From Oceanispirochaeta sp. (lineage in GTDB: Bacteria > Spirochaetota > Spirochaetia > DSM-2461): 64,000 nucleotides of DNA. This document shows positions 8,838-18,886 of the stretch, piece by piece (the stretch's first letter is position 1; the number at the start of each line of letters is the position of its first letter). The stretch lies in NCBI GenBank assembly GCA_963663385.2, contig CAXXXD010000001.1:224001-288000 (forward strand). Reading direction: 5' to 3'. Position numbers and translations under genes: made by a program. A model generated the notes under the pieces. It saw nothing but the letters and a program-made list of their open reading frames with translations, did no database searches and had not been told where the DNA came from.

Positions 8838-11195
8838 ATGTCAAACCGGATTAGAGTATTACTATTCGTGTTGATTTCAGCTGGTGCCGGTCTTTCCGCA
8901 CAGGATTTCGGCATTGCAGTTCAGGACCAGTTAACAGCGCCCCTTATCAATCCCGCCGCTATGGGAGTCGGGAATTCCGGGGGATTATCCTACTGCCAGA
9001 GCTTTACCGGTACGGAACTCCTTAATGATGATAAACTGCTTATCTCCCTGGGAGGCCTGGCCTATGCCTACCACCGGATGGATAAATATTCCGATCACCT
9101 GCTGGCCTGCGGCGGAAGAATTATCCCGGGTCTCTACACCGGGACTTCCTGGTCCTGGCCCGGGAAAGGCGATCAGGCCGCCCGTCTGGGACTCTCCCTG
9201 CTTCACAGACCGCTCCCCTGCCTCTCATTTGCCGTAAAGGGAGAGAACCTGAATAATGATCCCTATGCCGAACTGGGTGTTGGAATAAGACCCCCCTTTG
9301 CCGAAAGCCCCCTGACAAGCCGTCTGACCCTGTCCGGGGACGCCCGACTGAATGAAGATGGGTTCGACGGAATCAGCCTGGGAGCTTTTCTGGAACTCCC
9401 GGAAGGCCTGAAAATATACGGTGACTACAATTTTGAAGAGGGGCGTTTCTCTCTGGGGGCAACACTCTCATTCGGTTACGGAGAGATGGGCAGCACTGTG
9501 AAATCTTCCGGGGATACACAGTTTGAACGCGGCAATTACCGGATTTCCACCAGCTGGAACAAGCAGAGGACCTTCCTGCAATCGGGGTTCAGCAAAACCA
9601 TCGAATATGATCTGGCAGAAATAATCACTGACTCCCCCGATCAGGGCGGACGCAGTCTGATGGACTTTATCCAGGATATGGAAAAGATAAAGGCCGATTC
9701 ATCAACGGATGCTCTGATTTTCCGTAACCAGTCTTTCCATACCTCTTTTGCCAATCTTCTGGAGATTGAAACCCTTCTGAAAGAAGTAAAGGATTCGGGT
9801 AAAAAAATCTACTTTTACTACAATAACATGAACAGCATGAACTATGCCCTGGCTGCCTCGGTAGCCGATGAGATCTACCTGAACCCGGCAGGAATGATCC
9901 ATCTGAAGGGTTTTTCCCGCAGCCGTATCTACATGAAAGACTTCTTTGCGGACTGGGGCATACGGTTTCAGAATTTTCAGAGTCACCCCTATAAAACAGC
10001 TTACAATAATATCTCCGAATCCGATATGACAGAGGAGGAGAGAGAGTCACTTGAAACCCTCTATGAAGGGCTTCAGACTGAAATGAACCGCATGCTGGAG
10101 AACGGGAGGGGGGATGAACTAGCCCGGACCGGAGAACAGTTGCTGGCAGCCGGCCCCTTTGTTTACGCCGCAAAGGCCCTGGAACTTGGTATGGTGGACG
10201 GTCTGCTTTATGAGGACCAGTTTGATGAGATGCTTAAGGAGAATAAACTCAACGGTTTTCTCTACTCTTCCTCAACCGATGATATCAGCTATGACTGGGA
10301 GTCTACGGGACAGCCCTCCATAGCCGTAATCTATGCCAGCGGGAATATCCATGGCGGAACGGGTATAGCGGGACAGTCCATCGGCTCCGATTCCCTGCGG
10401 AATGCCATCCGCAGAGCCCGCCGGAACCCTCTTGTCCATGCCATCGTACTCAGAGTGGACTCCGGGGGAGGATCCTCTCTTGCTTCGGATCTGATTGCCC
10501 GGGAAGTAGCCCTCTGCCGCAGCCAGGAGAATCCCAAGCCGGTTATTGTTTCCATGGGAGGAGTTGCCGCATCCGGCGGGTACTATATAGCTGCCCCGGC
10601 AGACAGCATTATAGCGTCCCCGGCCAGCATAACCGGATCCATCGGAGTCATCGCCCTCTTCCCGGAGATTTCCGGACTGCTGGAAAAACTCCGCCTCCAT
10701 TCCGAAACGGTAACGGCCTCGGAAGGGGCGGATACCGGCAGCCCCCTGCGTCCCCTGACGGGTGAGGAGACGGCCCATATCGAAGCCTATATCGCCGAAA
10801 CCTATGACCGTTTTATCAGCCTGGTTGGGGAGTACCGGGGGATGCAGAAAGAGGACGTCCATTCTGTAGCGCAGGGAAGGGTCTGGACTGGTACCCAGGC
10901 AAAAGAGAGAGGCCTGATTGATGAAACCGGAGGACTCTCCCTGGCCCTCTCCCTGGCAGAGGAACAGATGAAGAGACGGGGGAAAGTCAGGATTGTTGAG
11001 ATTATACCTGGTCGCAGGCTGACCATTATGGAGAGGCTTGTCCCCTCGCTGGCAACGTCTTCAGTGAATGAACCGGTACTGCCGGAAGACCTGGAAAACC
11101 TGATGGAATTCTATAAAAGCCTCTCCCGCTATGAACCGGGAGAAGCCCTGTATATGATACCCTATACGGCACAAGAGCTGGGGGTCGGGCCTTAG
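8838..11195 (+). CDS. sppA: Signal peptide peptidase SppA (S49) with a long N-terminal extension
   Basis: YKTA lysine, LRVDSGGGS, AASGGYY catalytic Ser, TGSIGV, QGRVWTG..A...GLID. Confidence 0.88.
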   Translation: MSNRIRVLLFVLISAGAGLSAQDFGIAVQDQLTAPLINPAAMGVGNSGGLSYCQSFTGTELLNDDKLLISLGGLAYAYHRMDKYSDHLLACGGRIIPGLYTGTSWSWPGKGDQAARLGLSLLHRPLPCLSFAVKGENLNNDPYAELGVGIRPPFAESPLTSRLTLSGDARLNEDGFDGISLGAFLELPEGLKIYGDYNFEEGRFSLGATLSFGYGEMGSTVKSSGDTQFERGNYRISTSWNKQRTFLQSGFSKTIEYDLAEIITDSPDQGGRSLMDFIQDMEKIKADSSTDALIFRNQSFHTSFANLLEIETLLKEVKDSGKKIYFYYNNMNSMNYALAASVADEIYLNPAGMIHLKGFSRSRIYMKDFFADWGIRFQNFQSHPYKTAYNNISESDMTEEERESLETLYEGLQTEMNRMLENGRGDELARTGEQLLAAGPFVYAAKALELGMVDGLLYEDQFDEMLKENKLNGFLYSSSTDDISYDWESTGQPSIAVIYASGNIHGGTGIAGQSIGSDSLRNAIRRARRNPLVHAIVLRVDSGGGSSLASDLIAREVALCRSQENPKPVIVSMGGVAASGGYYIAAPADSIIASPASITGSIGVIALFPEISGLLEKLRLHSETVTASEGADTGSPLRPLTGEETAHIEAYIAETYDRFISLVGEYRGMQKEDVHSVAQGRVWTGTQAKERGLIDETGGLSLALSLAEEQMKRRGKVRIVEIIPGRRLTIMERLVPSLATSSVNEPVLPEDLENLMEFYKSLSRYEPGEALYMIPYTAQELGVGP

Positions 11196-12118
11196 CGGCC
11201 TCCCCTGATGTAGGGTTCGCCAAGAGTAGCAGGGGCGCTCATCTTCCGTTTGCCCCCTTTGCTCATACCGTAAAAGAGCAAAACTCCCAGGGTGGTTGCA
11301 TAGGGCAGCATGGCCAGCAGGTTGGGGGAGATCCCCAGAGGCTGCAGGACATACTGGATAACAAAGATTCCCCCGAAGACATATGCTCCCAGAAACGCTT
11401 TAGACGGCTCCCAGAGGGCGAAGATTGTCAGAGCTATAACAATCCAGCCTCTTCCGGCGGTCATCCCTTCGATCCACGATTTACTGTAAGCTGTAGACAG
11501 ATGAGATCCGGCCATACCGGCAAAAGCGCCTCCCACCATCACACAGAGATATTTCACCAGGGAGACATTTATTCCCAGAGTTTCAGCGGCCTTTGGATTT
11601 TCTCCAACAGAACGCACTGTAATACCGATTTTTGTATATTTCAGGACAAACCAGACAATCAGCCCCAACAGAACTGACAGATAAAAATAGGCATCCTGAA
11701 AGAAGAGGACCTTTCCCAGAACAGGGATTTCGGACAGTCCCGGAATAGCTACAGACTGCATTTTGATGGTCAGGGGACGACCGATATAGGGCTTACCCCA
11801 CAGGCCGCTCAGCCCCAGTCCCAGCATGGTCAGAGCCAGACCGGAAACAACCTGATTGGCCCGGAGGCTGACAGTTACGAAAGAGTGAAGCAGAGAGATC
11901 AAAGCCCCTGCCAGAATAGCGGCGATCATGCCCAGCCAGGGGTTTCCGGTTGTGAATGTCACAATAAAACCTGTAACCGCGCCGAGGGACATCATCCCCT
12001 CAACCCCCAGGTTCAGAATCCCTGCCCGTTCGGTAACGACCTCTCCCAGGGTTCCCAGAAGAAGCGGTGTTCCGGCCACAACGGTTCTTGTCAGTATGGA
12101 CGTGATAATTTCCAGCAT
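11192..12118 (-). CDS. Nucleoside/purine ABC transporter permease
   Basis: GE...ERAGILNLGVEG, GENP.AA...G and AGRGWI..AL motifs. Confidence 0.9.
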   Translation of the reverse strand: MLEIITSILTRTVVAGTPLLLGTLGEVVTERAGILNLGVEGMMSLGAVTGFIVTFTTGNPWLGMIAAILAGALISLLHSFVTVSLRANQVVSGLALTMLGLGLSGLWGKPYIGRPLTIKMQSVAIPGLSEIPVLGKVLFFQDAYFYLSVLLGLIVWFVLKYTKIGITVRSVGENPKAAETLGINVSLVKYLCVMVGGAFAGMAGSHLSTAYSKSWIEGMTAGRGWIVIALTIFALWEPSKAFLGAYVFGGIFVIQYVLQPLGISPNLLAMLPYATTLGVLLFYGMSKGGKRKMSAPATLGEPYIRGGR

Positions 12119-13194
12119 TACTTGTTTCTCCTTTTGAATCGAACCCGGTGGCTCAGAAAGAAGTCTCCCATAATCAGGAAGACAAGGATCAGCCCGTTGA
12201 ACACATTCACCGTGGCAGCAGGCATATTCATGGACATCTGTATGGCGTCCCCCCCTACTATAATCCCGGCAAAAAACAAACCTGAAAGGATAGCAAAAGC
12301 CGGATTAAGCCGCCCCAGCCAGGCAACGATAATGGCGGTGAATCCATAGCCGGCACTGATGGTTTCGGGATAACTGAGGTGATGATGAATGGAGGCCAGC
12401 TCGCCTACTCCGGCCAGACCGGCCACACCGCCGCTGATGGCCATCATAATCAGGGATGTTCTGAAAAAATCAATCCCCGCGTAACGGGCAGCCTCTGTAT
12501 TTTCTCCGATAACCCGGACTTCATACCCGAAACGGGTGCGGAAAACCAGAAAGCAGAGAACAAAAGCCGTCACTACAGCCAATACAATAAGAAGAAGAGA
12601 GATCCGGGAATCCGGAAGGAGCTTGAGAATGGCCTGCTCAGGCAGGTCGTCTGTGTAGGGGTAACCGTATTTGGTCGCGCCTTTCCAGGGACCGACAACC
12701 AGAAACTTGACAAACTCCGCCGCTATATAATTCAGCATCAGAGTTGAGATAACCTCGTTTATCCCGAATTTCACCTTGAAGATCGCCGGAACAATACCCC
12801 AGAGAGCACCCCCTATAAAACCGGCCAGAAACATCAGGGGAATAATGACAGGACCGGGGAGCGCGGGTCCCCAATGCAGTCCCACCCAGGTTGCAAAAAC
12901 AGCGCCGAACAGGAGCTGACTTTCAGCCCCGATATTCCAGAACTTGGCCCGGTAGGCCAGAGCCAGGCCGCTTCCGATCAGAATGAGGGGGATGGCCTTT
13001 GTTATGGTTTCCTTAATCCCGAACAGACTCCCGAAGGAGGCAATAAAGATCTCTCCAATGGCAAAAAAAGGATTTATCCCTTTTAACAGAAAAACCATAC
13101 CGACTGCAAACAGGCCGGCCAGAAGAGACAGGAAAAGGACAATTACATTAAAAAACGGGGTAGTTCTCTCCCGCGGCAGCACGATAACATTCAT
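12118..13194 (-). CDS. Nucleoside/purine ABC transporter permease
   Basis: NIGAESQ, NEVISTLMLNYIA and GYGFTAI.VA.LGRL.P motifs. Confidence 0.9.
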   Translation of the reverse strand: MNVIVLPRERTTPFFNVIVLFLSLLAGLFAVGMVFLLKGINPFFAIGEIFIASFGSLFGIKETITKAIPLILIGSGLALAYRAKFWNIGAESQLLFGAVFATWVGLHWGPALPGPVIIPLMFLAGFIGGALWGIVPAIFKVKFGINEVISTLMLNYIAAEFVKFLVVGPWKGATKYGYPYTDDLPEQAILKLLPDSRISLLLIVLAVVTAFVLCFLVFRTRFGYEVRVIGENTEAARYAGIDFFRTSLIMMAISGGVAGLAGVGELASIHHHLSYPETISAGYGFTAIIVAWLGRLNPAFAILSGLFFAGIIVGGDAIQMSMNMPAATVNVFNGLILVFLIMGDFFLSHRVRFKRRNK

Positions 13195-14742
13195 TTACAG
13201 ACACTCTCCCGGTCCGAGTTCTACAGACCCGGCCATCATAAGACCGATATCATCAATTTCACAATCAGCGGGATCAACAATTCCCATAAACCGTCCCTCA
13301 AACATTACAGCTATCCGGTCGCAGACCTGAAAGAGTTCCTCCAGATCTTCCGAAACCAGCAGAACGGCACCACCCTTGTCCCGGCAGGCGATCAGCTCTT
13401 TTCTGATATATTCAGCGGCCCCCACATCAAGACCGTAGGTTGGATGGGCCGCAATCAGAAGGCTCGGTTCAGCCGAAATTTCCCGGCCCAGAATCAGTTT
13501 CTGCATATTCCCGCCGGAGAGATTCTTCACCGGGGTATTGATGGAAGCCGCATCCACATGAAAATGGTCTACCAGAGAAGAGGCATGCTTTCTGATCAGA
13601 GGGTAGTTCATCATCATCCGGTGACTGAAAGGCTCCCTGTGATGCTGCTTTAATACAGAGTTTTCAAAAAGCTGAAGATTGGCAACCGTACCGAATTTGA
13701 TCCTCTCCTCCGGGACATGGGTAATCCCCCTGTTATGGACCCGTCGAGCCGATTTATTGGTGATCTCCTCATCTTCCAGAGTTACCGTACCTGTAACAGC
13801 CTTTCTCAGACCGGTGATGGCTTCCACCATCTCCCGCTGACCGTTACCGGAAACACCGGCAATACCGAGGATTTCATTCTTCCTGATGCTGAAACTCAGA
13901 TCCTTCACAATGGGAAGTCCCTGATCGCTGTCTACAGTGAGGCCGGAAACATCAAGGATCTTATCTCCCGGCACCAGATTCTCTTTTGGATAGGATGAGG
14001 AGATTTCACGGCCGATCATCATACGGGCCAGATCGACCTTGGTAACATCCCGGATTTCTGCCGCACCGGTAACACGGCCTTTTCTCATGACCATAACCCG
14101 GTTGCAGATACTGACAATTTCATCCAGTTTATGACTGATCAGAACAACAGAGTGACCTTCTCCGCTCATTTTCCGGAGGATTTCAAACAGATCATCCGCT
14201 TCCTGAGGAGTCAGGACAGAGGTGGGCTCATCCATAATCAGCAGATCAGCCTTTCTGATAAGGGCTTTCAGGATTTCAACCCGCTGCTGCTCCCCTGCCG
14301 AAAGTTCCCAGATTTTTTTATCCGGATCCACATCCAGTCCGAATTTCCGGGAAAACTCTTTTATTTGGGCCCTCATATATTTCTGGGGAAACAGGAAGGG
14401 GGCATCCTTATAACCTAAGGCGATGTTCTCCAGAACCGAATGCTTCTGAACTAGCATAAAATGCTGATGGATCATCCCGATCCCGGCACTCATGCTGTCC
14501 TTGGGATTCCTGAGCCTCAGGTCTTCGCCGTTTTTTAAGATTTCACCGCTGTCGGGGAGATAAAGCCCGTAGAGGATATTCATTAAAGTCGTTTTACCGG
14601 CGCCGTTTTCACCAAGCAGTCCCAGAATATCTCCCTTTTCAATGGTAAGGTCAACATCCCGGTTGGCTTTAACCCCAATGAAGGACTTTGAAATCCCCTT
14701 CATTTCCAGTTTCTCTATTCTCTTCAAAATTGATTTCTCCAA
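13195..14742 (-). CDS. Nucleoside ABC transporter ATP-binding protein (double ABC domain)
   Basis: GENGAGKTT, LSAGEQQRVEILKAL, GVSGNGQ, LSGGNMQK; start codon uncertain. Confidence 0.9.
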   Translation of the reverse strand: MEKSILKRIEKLEMKGISKSFIGVKANRDVDLTIEKGDILGLLGENGAGKTTLMNILYGLYLPDSGEILKNGEDLRLRNPKDSMSAGIGMIHQHFMLVQKHSVLENIALGYKDAPFLFPQKYMRAQIKEFSRKFGLDVDPDKKIWELSAGEQQRVEILKALIRKADLLIMDEPTSVLTPQEADDLFEILRKMSGEGHSVVLISHKLDEIVSICNRVMVMRKGRVTGAAEIRDVTKVDLARMMIGREISSSYPKENLVPGDKILDVSGLTVDSDQGLPIVKDLSFSIRKNEILGIAGVSGNGQREMVEAITGLRKAVTGTVTLEDEEITNKSARRVHNRGITHVPEERIKFGTVANLQLFENSVLKQHHREPFSHRMMMNYPLIRKHASSLVDHFHVDAASINTPVKNLSGGNMQKLILGREISAEPSLLIAAHPTYGLDVGAAEYIRKELIACRDKGGAVLLVSEDLEELFQVCDRIAVMFEGRFMGIVDPADCEIDDIGLMMAGSVELGPGECL

Positions 14743-14787
14743 AAGGATTTAATCTAGATAGTATATGACAATTCTATTATCTGCAAT

Positions 14788-14813
14788 AAAAAGGGGACGC
14801 CGCTACGTCCCCC
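14788..14813 (-). terminator. Intrinsic terminator/stabilising hairpin after the BMP gene
   Basis: GGGGACG-loop-CGTCCCC followed by a T-run on the minus strand. Confidence 0.65.
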
Positions 14814-14842
14814 GTTATTCTTAAATTTTCAGAATACTACTT

Positions 14843-16057
14843 TTACTGCTGAGGCAGAGGAGTGGCGAAATTATCCACCTGATACATCATCTCTGCAAAG
14901 AGATGGGGGATGGACGCAATCTCGCCTTCCGCTACAGTAACATTTCCAGCCTGATCATAGATGGGACCTGTAAAAGGATCGAAGACTTCCCGTCCCTGAG
15001 CCATCTGGTCGTACCGTTTCATAACCAGATCATAAACCGAGATGGTTCCGAAATCATCTGATTCAACTGTTTTCCCTTTAAGAGTATCAACGTATTTGGA
15101 GTTGATTTTCTCATCCATGGAGGCTCCCAGTTCAACAGCTTTTTCCTTCATCAGCCAAAGTAAATCGTAATTTGACAAGTCTCCGGTTTTTCCGGCTTTA
15201 TAGTCCAGGAGCATCTGTTCATACAGAACACCCCAGTCTGTCAGCTGACCGGTCAGGGTAGCATCTTCCGCATAGGACTGCATGGGGCTGTAGTGACTAA
15301 GACCATATACATTCTCCCCTTTTTCCATATGTTCCTGGGCAACCTCCAGAACAGTGGGAGTATCTTCTGTAAATCCCAGAACATCACAGCCTTCGGAAAC
15401 AAGGGCCTCAGCAGCTTCTCTTGCCTTGTCCGGACCATACCAGGCGTAGATCCATTTAACATTGACAGTGGCTTCAGGGTTTACTTCCTTGATCCCCAGA
15501 GCAAAGGCATTCATATGACGGAACAGTTCGGGAATGGGAAAAGCGGCTACATAACCGATTTTGTTGGATTCGGTCATAGCGCCTGCCATAAGACCGTTCA
15601 GGTAGTAGATCTGATACATGTCCCCCATATAGGTTCCCATATTGGCGCTCCGTTTAAATCCGGAACAATGAAAGAACTGCACATCAGGATATTTTTCGGC
15701 GGCTTTCACAGTGTCATCCATATAACCGAAGCTGGTTGTAAAGATAATATCACATTTCTGCTGCTGTACCATTCTGTCTATAAACCGGACAGCATCCCCT
15801 TCCGGAACGCTTTCTACAGTGATGGTCTCCAGCCAGGGAAACTGCTTTTCCACGTAAAGCCTTCCCTGATCGTGGGCGTAGGTCCAACCGAAATCACCTG
15901 CCGGGCCGATATATACAAATCCGGCCTTTACTTTTTCAATCTCCTGGGCTCCGGAATCAGCAGCTTCAGTTGAAGACTCCTGACCGCCGGCGGCAAAAAG
16001 AGCTCCAGTCAGAAGAAGCAGAAGGGACGCAAGAAAGAACATCTTGATTTTTTTCAT
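14843..16057 (-). CDS. BMP-family ABC substrate-binding protein (purine nucleoside)
   Basis: GFVYIGP.GD.GWT.AHDQG, TTSFGYMD and NAFALG motifs; signal peptide without a lipobox Cys. Confidence 0.9.
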   Translation of the reverse strand: MKKIKMFFLASLLLLLTGALFAAGGQESSTEAADSGAQEIEKVKAGFVYIGPAGDFGWTYAHDQGRLYVEKQFPWLETITVESVPEGDAVRFIDRMVQQQKCDIIFTTSFGYMDDTVKAAEKYPDVQFFHCSGFKRSANMGTYMGDMYQIYYLNGLMAGAMTESNKIGYVAAFPIPELFRHMNAFALGIKEVNPEATVNVKWIYAWYGPDKAREAAEALVSEGCDVLGFTEDTPTVLEVAQEHMEKGENVYGLSHYSPMQSYAEDATLTGQLTDWGVLYEQMLLDYKAGKTGDLSNYDLLWLMKEKAVELGASMDEKINSKYVDTLKGKTVESDDFGTISVYDLVMKRYDQMAQGREVFDPFTGPIYDQAGNVTVAEGEIASIPHLFAEMMYQVDNFATPLPQQ

Positions 16058-16168
16058 TATTCCTATCTCCTTGGGTTGAGTTATAAAACTCATGTAAGCC
16101 TAATTCTCACGCTACTAAGGCATTTTGTCAACACATGTCAGACCTCAGACTTCTCGAAGAGAGCGGTA

Positions 16169-16197
16169 TTGACCTCGTGATAGGGTATAACTATAAT
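16169..16197 (+). promoter_or_regulatory. Sigma70 promoter of ndk (probably leaderless)
   Basis: TTGACC-N17-TATAAT, 7 nt before the ATG. Confidence 0.7.
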
Positions 16198-16204
16198 CCT
16201 TTCC

Positions 16205-16687
16205 ATGACTTGGGAACGAACATTTATTCTAGTAAAACCCGACGGAGTAAAAAGAGGACTCATCGGTGAAGTCCTGAAACGCTATGAACGGGCTGGTCTG
16301 CAGATTGTTGCAGCCAAACTGGTCAGCTGTCACCAGGAACAGGCTGAAAAACATTATGAAGAACATAAGGGAAAAAGCTTTTTTCCCTCTTTAACCGGAC
16401 TTCTGACCTCCGGCCCCTCCATGGCAGTCGCTCTGGAAGGTGCTCACGCTATTGAAGTAGTAAGGAAGATCAATGGGGACACCGAACCCAGAACTGCTGC
16501 GCCCGGTACTATCCGGGGAGATTTTACCCACATGGGTTACGCCAGAAGCCCCGAACTGAACGGAACAATCTACAATGTCGTGCATGCCTCCGATTCAAAA
16601 GAGAGTGCCGTCAGAGAGCTGGCTCTCTGGTTTGATGAAAAAGATTTTGCAGATTCCTACGATACCGTATTAAAAGGATTCGTCTGA
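16205..16687 (+). CDS. ndk: Nucleoside-diphosphate kinase
   Basis: KPDGV.RGLIG, PGTIRGDF, NVVHASDS catalytic His. Confidence 0.95.
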   Translation: MTWERTFILVKPDGVKRGLIGEVLKRYERAGLQIVAAKLVSCHQEQAEKHYEEHKGKSFFPSLTGLLTSGPSMAVALEGAHAIEVVRKINGDTEPRTAAPGTIRGDFTHMGYARSPELNGTIYNVVHASDSKESAVRELALWFDEKDFADSYDTVLKGFV

Positions 16688-16707
16688 TAGCCCAATTATA
16701 AAAACAA

Positions 16708-17033
16708 CTCCCCTCCCTCTGGGAGAGGCCGGATGCATGCCAGAACAGCAAACGAAGTTTGTGACCATGGGGATTAAGGGGTGAGGGCTTGATCGGGGAT
16801 CCGGACGATTTCAGCCGGACAATCATGTCTCCACTTCAGGGAGACTGAGGGATTCAAAAAAAAATGCCGGACAGCTTCAAGCTTCCGGCATTTTTAATTA
16901 ATGACCAGACCTCCCCCTGCCTCCCTCCTTCCTGAGGGGGGGGATCGTCCTGTTTCCTTCTTCGTAAATATTGGTAATGGTTCGAAGAAAAAGAATAAGA
17001 CGGCCTCTCCCCTCGGGGAGATTGAGAGGGGTC
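16708..17033. repeat. BoxC/REP-like palindromes surrounding a bidirectional terminator (16856-16895)
   Basis: CCCTCCCTCTGGGAGAGG, CCCTCCTTCCTGAGGGGGG and CTCCCCTCGGGGAG; AAAAAATGCCGG...CCGGCATTTTT. Confidence 0.6.
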
Positions 17034-17036
17034 AGA

Positions 17037-18761
17037 TTATTTCACACACAGATCCACAAACTGAAACTTCATAACATCAAAAAGCCCCTCATCGGTCAGC
17101 TTCAGTTCGGGAATCACCGGCAGGGCCATAAAAGCCAGCGTCATAAACGGATCCAGATCCGGATTGACCCCCAGTTTATCCAGGGCTATTCCCAAAAGGT
17201 TGCTCAGGGCATCTCTTACTCTTTCCGCCGGCTGATCAGACATGATTCCCGCAATAGGCAGTTCAAGTTCACCCAGAACCTTTCCTCCGGAAACGATGCA
17301 GATCCCTCCTCCCAGTTCTCCCAGAGTATTGACAGCCAGAGCCATATCCCCGTCATTGTCCCCGATCACAATCAGATTATGAGAATCATGAGCAATTGAG
17401 GATGCAATCGCCCCCCCCTTCAAACGGTAATTTTCGACAAGTCCCAACCCAATATTGCTATTACCGCTATGCCGTTCAATAACGGCCATTTTCAAAATAT
17501 CCAGATCGGGATGAATTCTGAAATTCCCATTATTGTCCCGATCCACTTTACGGACGGCACTTTCTGTCACAAGAGAGTGGGGCATTATACGGATGGCCCG
17601 TATTACGTCCCCCTCAAGGGGCATAATAAAATCCTCTTCCAGAATTTTCCGGATGTGTACTGTTCCCCGTACCTTTTCACCGGGAATAGTCCGCACAGGA
17701 TCCAGGGGCTTTTCATCCCGGGCGACAAGACGGCCTCTCTTGTAGACTGCCTTAACCCTGAATTTCTCAAGATCCTCCAGTATGACAATATCCGCTTCAT
17801 AACCGGGAGCCAGAGCGCCCTTGTTTTTCAGCCCATAGCATTCACAGGCATTTATGGTTGCCATCTGAACAGCCCAGACCGGATTGATCCCCATGGAAAC
17901 AGCCTTCCTGATACTGTAATTTATATGCCCGTCTTTCAGAATATCTTCGGGCTGTTTATCGTCTGTACAAAAAGCAATTCGTCTCATGTTCACGGCATTG
18001 ACACCACTGATGAGCCCCGCCAGATTCCGGGCGGCTGACCCCTCACGGATTAAAACATACATCCCCCTCCGTAAACGGGCTTTCATCTCTTCAGGAGTGG
18101 AACACTCATGATCTGTTCGAACCCCGGCTCCCACATAGGCATTCAGATCCTTCCTCTCGACCATGGGGGAGTGGCCGTCAACGACTTTGTTTCGGTCAAG
18201 CGCCAGGCGAAGTTTATCCAGGACAGAATCCTCACCTCCGATAAGAGCGGGGTAGTTCATCATCTCGCCCAACCCCAGAATCCTTTCTTCGTCTATCAAT
18301 TGAGCCAGATCTTCCGCTTCCAGTTTGGCTCCGGAGTTTTCAAAGGGGGTAGCCGGAACACAGGAGGGAAGCATAAAATGGCAGTCCAGAGGCAGATCCC
18401 GGGAAGCCTCCAGCATGTAGCGGATACCGTCCAGCCCGCAGACATTGGCAATCTCATGAGGGTCGGCAATCACTGTTGTCGTGCCCCGGGGAACTACAAG
18501 GGAAGAGAAATTTTCAGGGGTTGTAAGGGAAGATTCAATATGGACATGGGCATCCACAAATCCCGGTGCCAGATAGGCCCCGTTCAGATCAATCTCCTTT
18601 TCGCCTTCATAGGCGCCGTAACCCAGGATTTGACCGTCCTTGACCGCCAGGCTGTTTTCCTGGATCTCACCTGTAAACACATTGATGATTTTTCCATTCC
18701 TGAAAACAATATCCGCTTTTTTGCGTCCCGCCGCAGCATCGATATAACTCTTTAAATCCAT
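17037..18761 (-). CDS. ade: Adenine deaminase
   Basis: DAHVHIESS, DPHEIANV.G, GLGEMMN, DGHSP, DHEC, REGSAARNL, AHDSHN. Confidence 0.95.
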   Translation of the reverse strand: MDLKSYIDAAAGRKKADIVFRNGKIINVFTGEIQENSLAVKDGQILGYGAYEGEKEIDLNGAYLAPGFVDAHVHIESSLTTPENFSSLVVPRGTTTVIADPHEIANVCGLDGIRYMLEASRDLPLDCHFMLPSCVPATPFENSGAKLEAEDLAQLIDEERILGLGEMMNYPALIGGEDSVLDKLRLALDRNKVVDGHSPMVERKDLNAYVGAGVRTDHECSTPEEMKARLRRGMYVLIREGSAARNLAGLISGVNAVNMRRIAFCTDDKQPEDILKDGHINYSIRKAVSMGINPVWAVQMATINACECYGLKNKGALAPGYEADIVILEDLEKFRVKAVYKRGRLVARDEKPLDPVRTIPGEKVRGTVHIRKILEEDFIMPLEGDVIRAIRIMPHSLVTESAVRKVDRDNNGNFRIHPDLDILKMAVIERHSGNSNIGLGLVENYRLKGGAIASSIAHDSHNLIVIGDNDGDMALAVNTLGELGGGICIVSGGKVLGELELPIAGIMSDQPAERVRDALSNLLGIALDKLGVNPDLDPFMTLAFMALPVIPELKLTDEGLFDVMKFQFVDLCVK

Positions 18762-18886
18762 CAAGTCCCCCTTTTCTTTGAATATACCATATCCTGGCAG
18801 GGATTCACTCTTTTTTTAACAATTGATTGCCTGATCAGTCAATCAGGATCTATAATGATATCTATCAAAAAAATAAAGGAGACTCT

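Noticed and set aside
18765..18886. Purine riboswitch between ade and the NCS2 permease
   Set aside because: Gap is short and AT-rich, holds promoter-like boxes, and lacks the riboswitch core motifs
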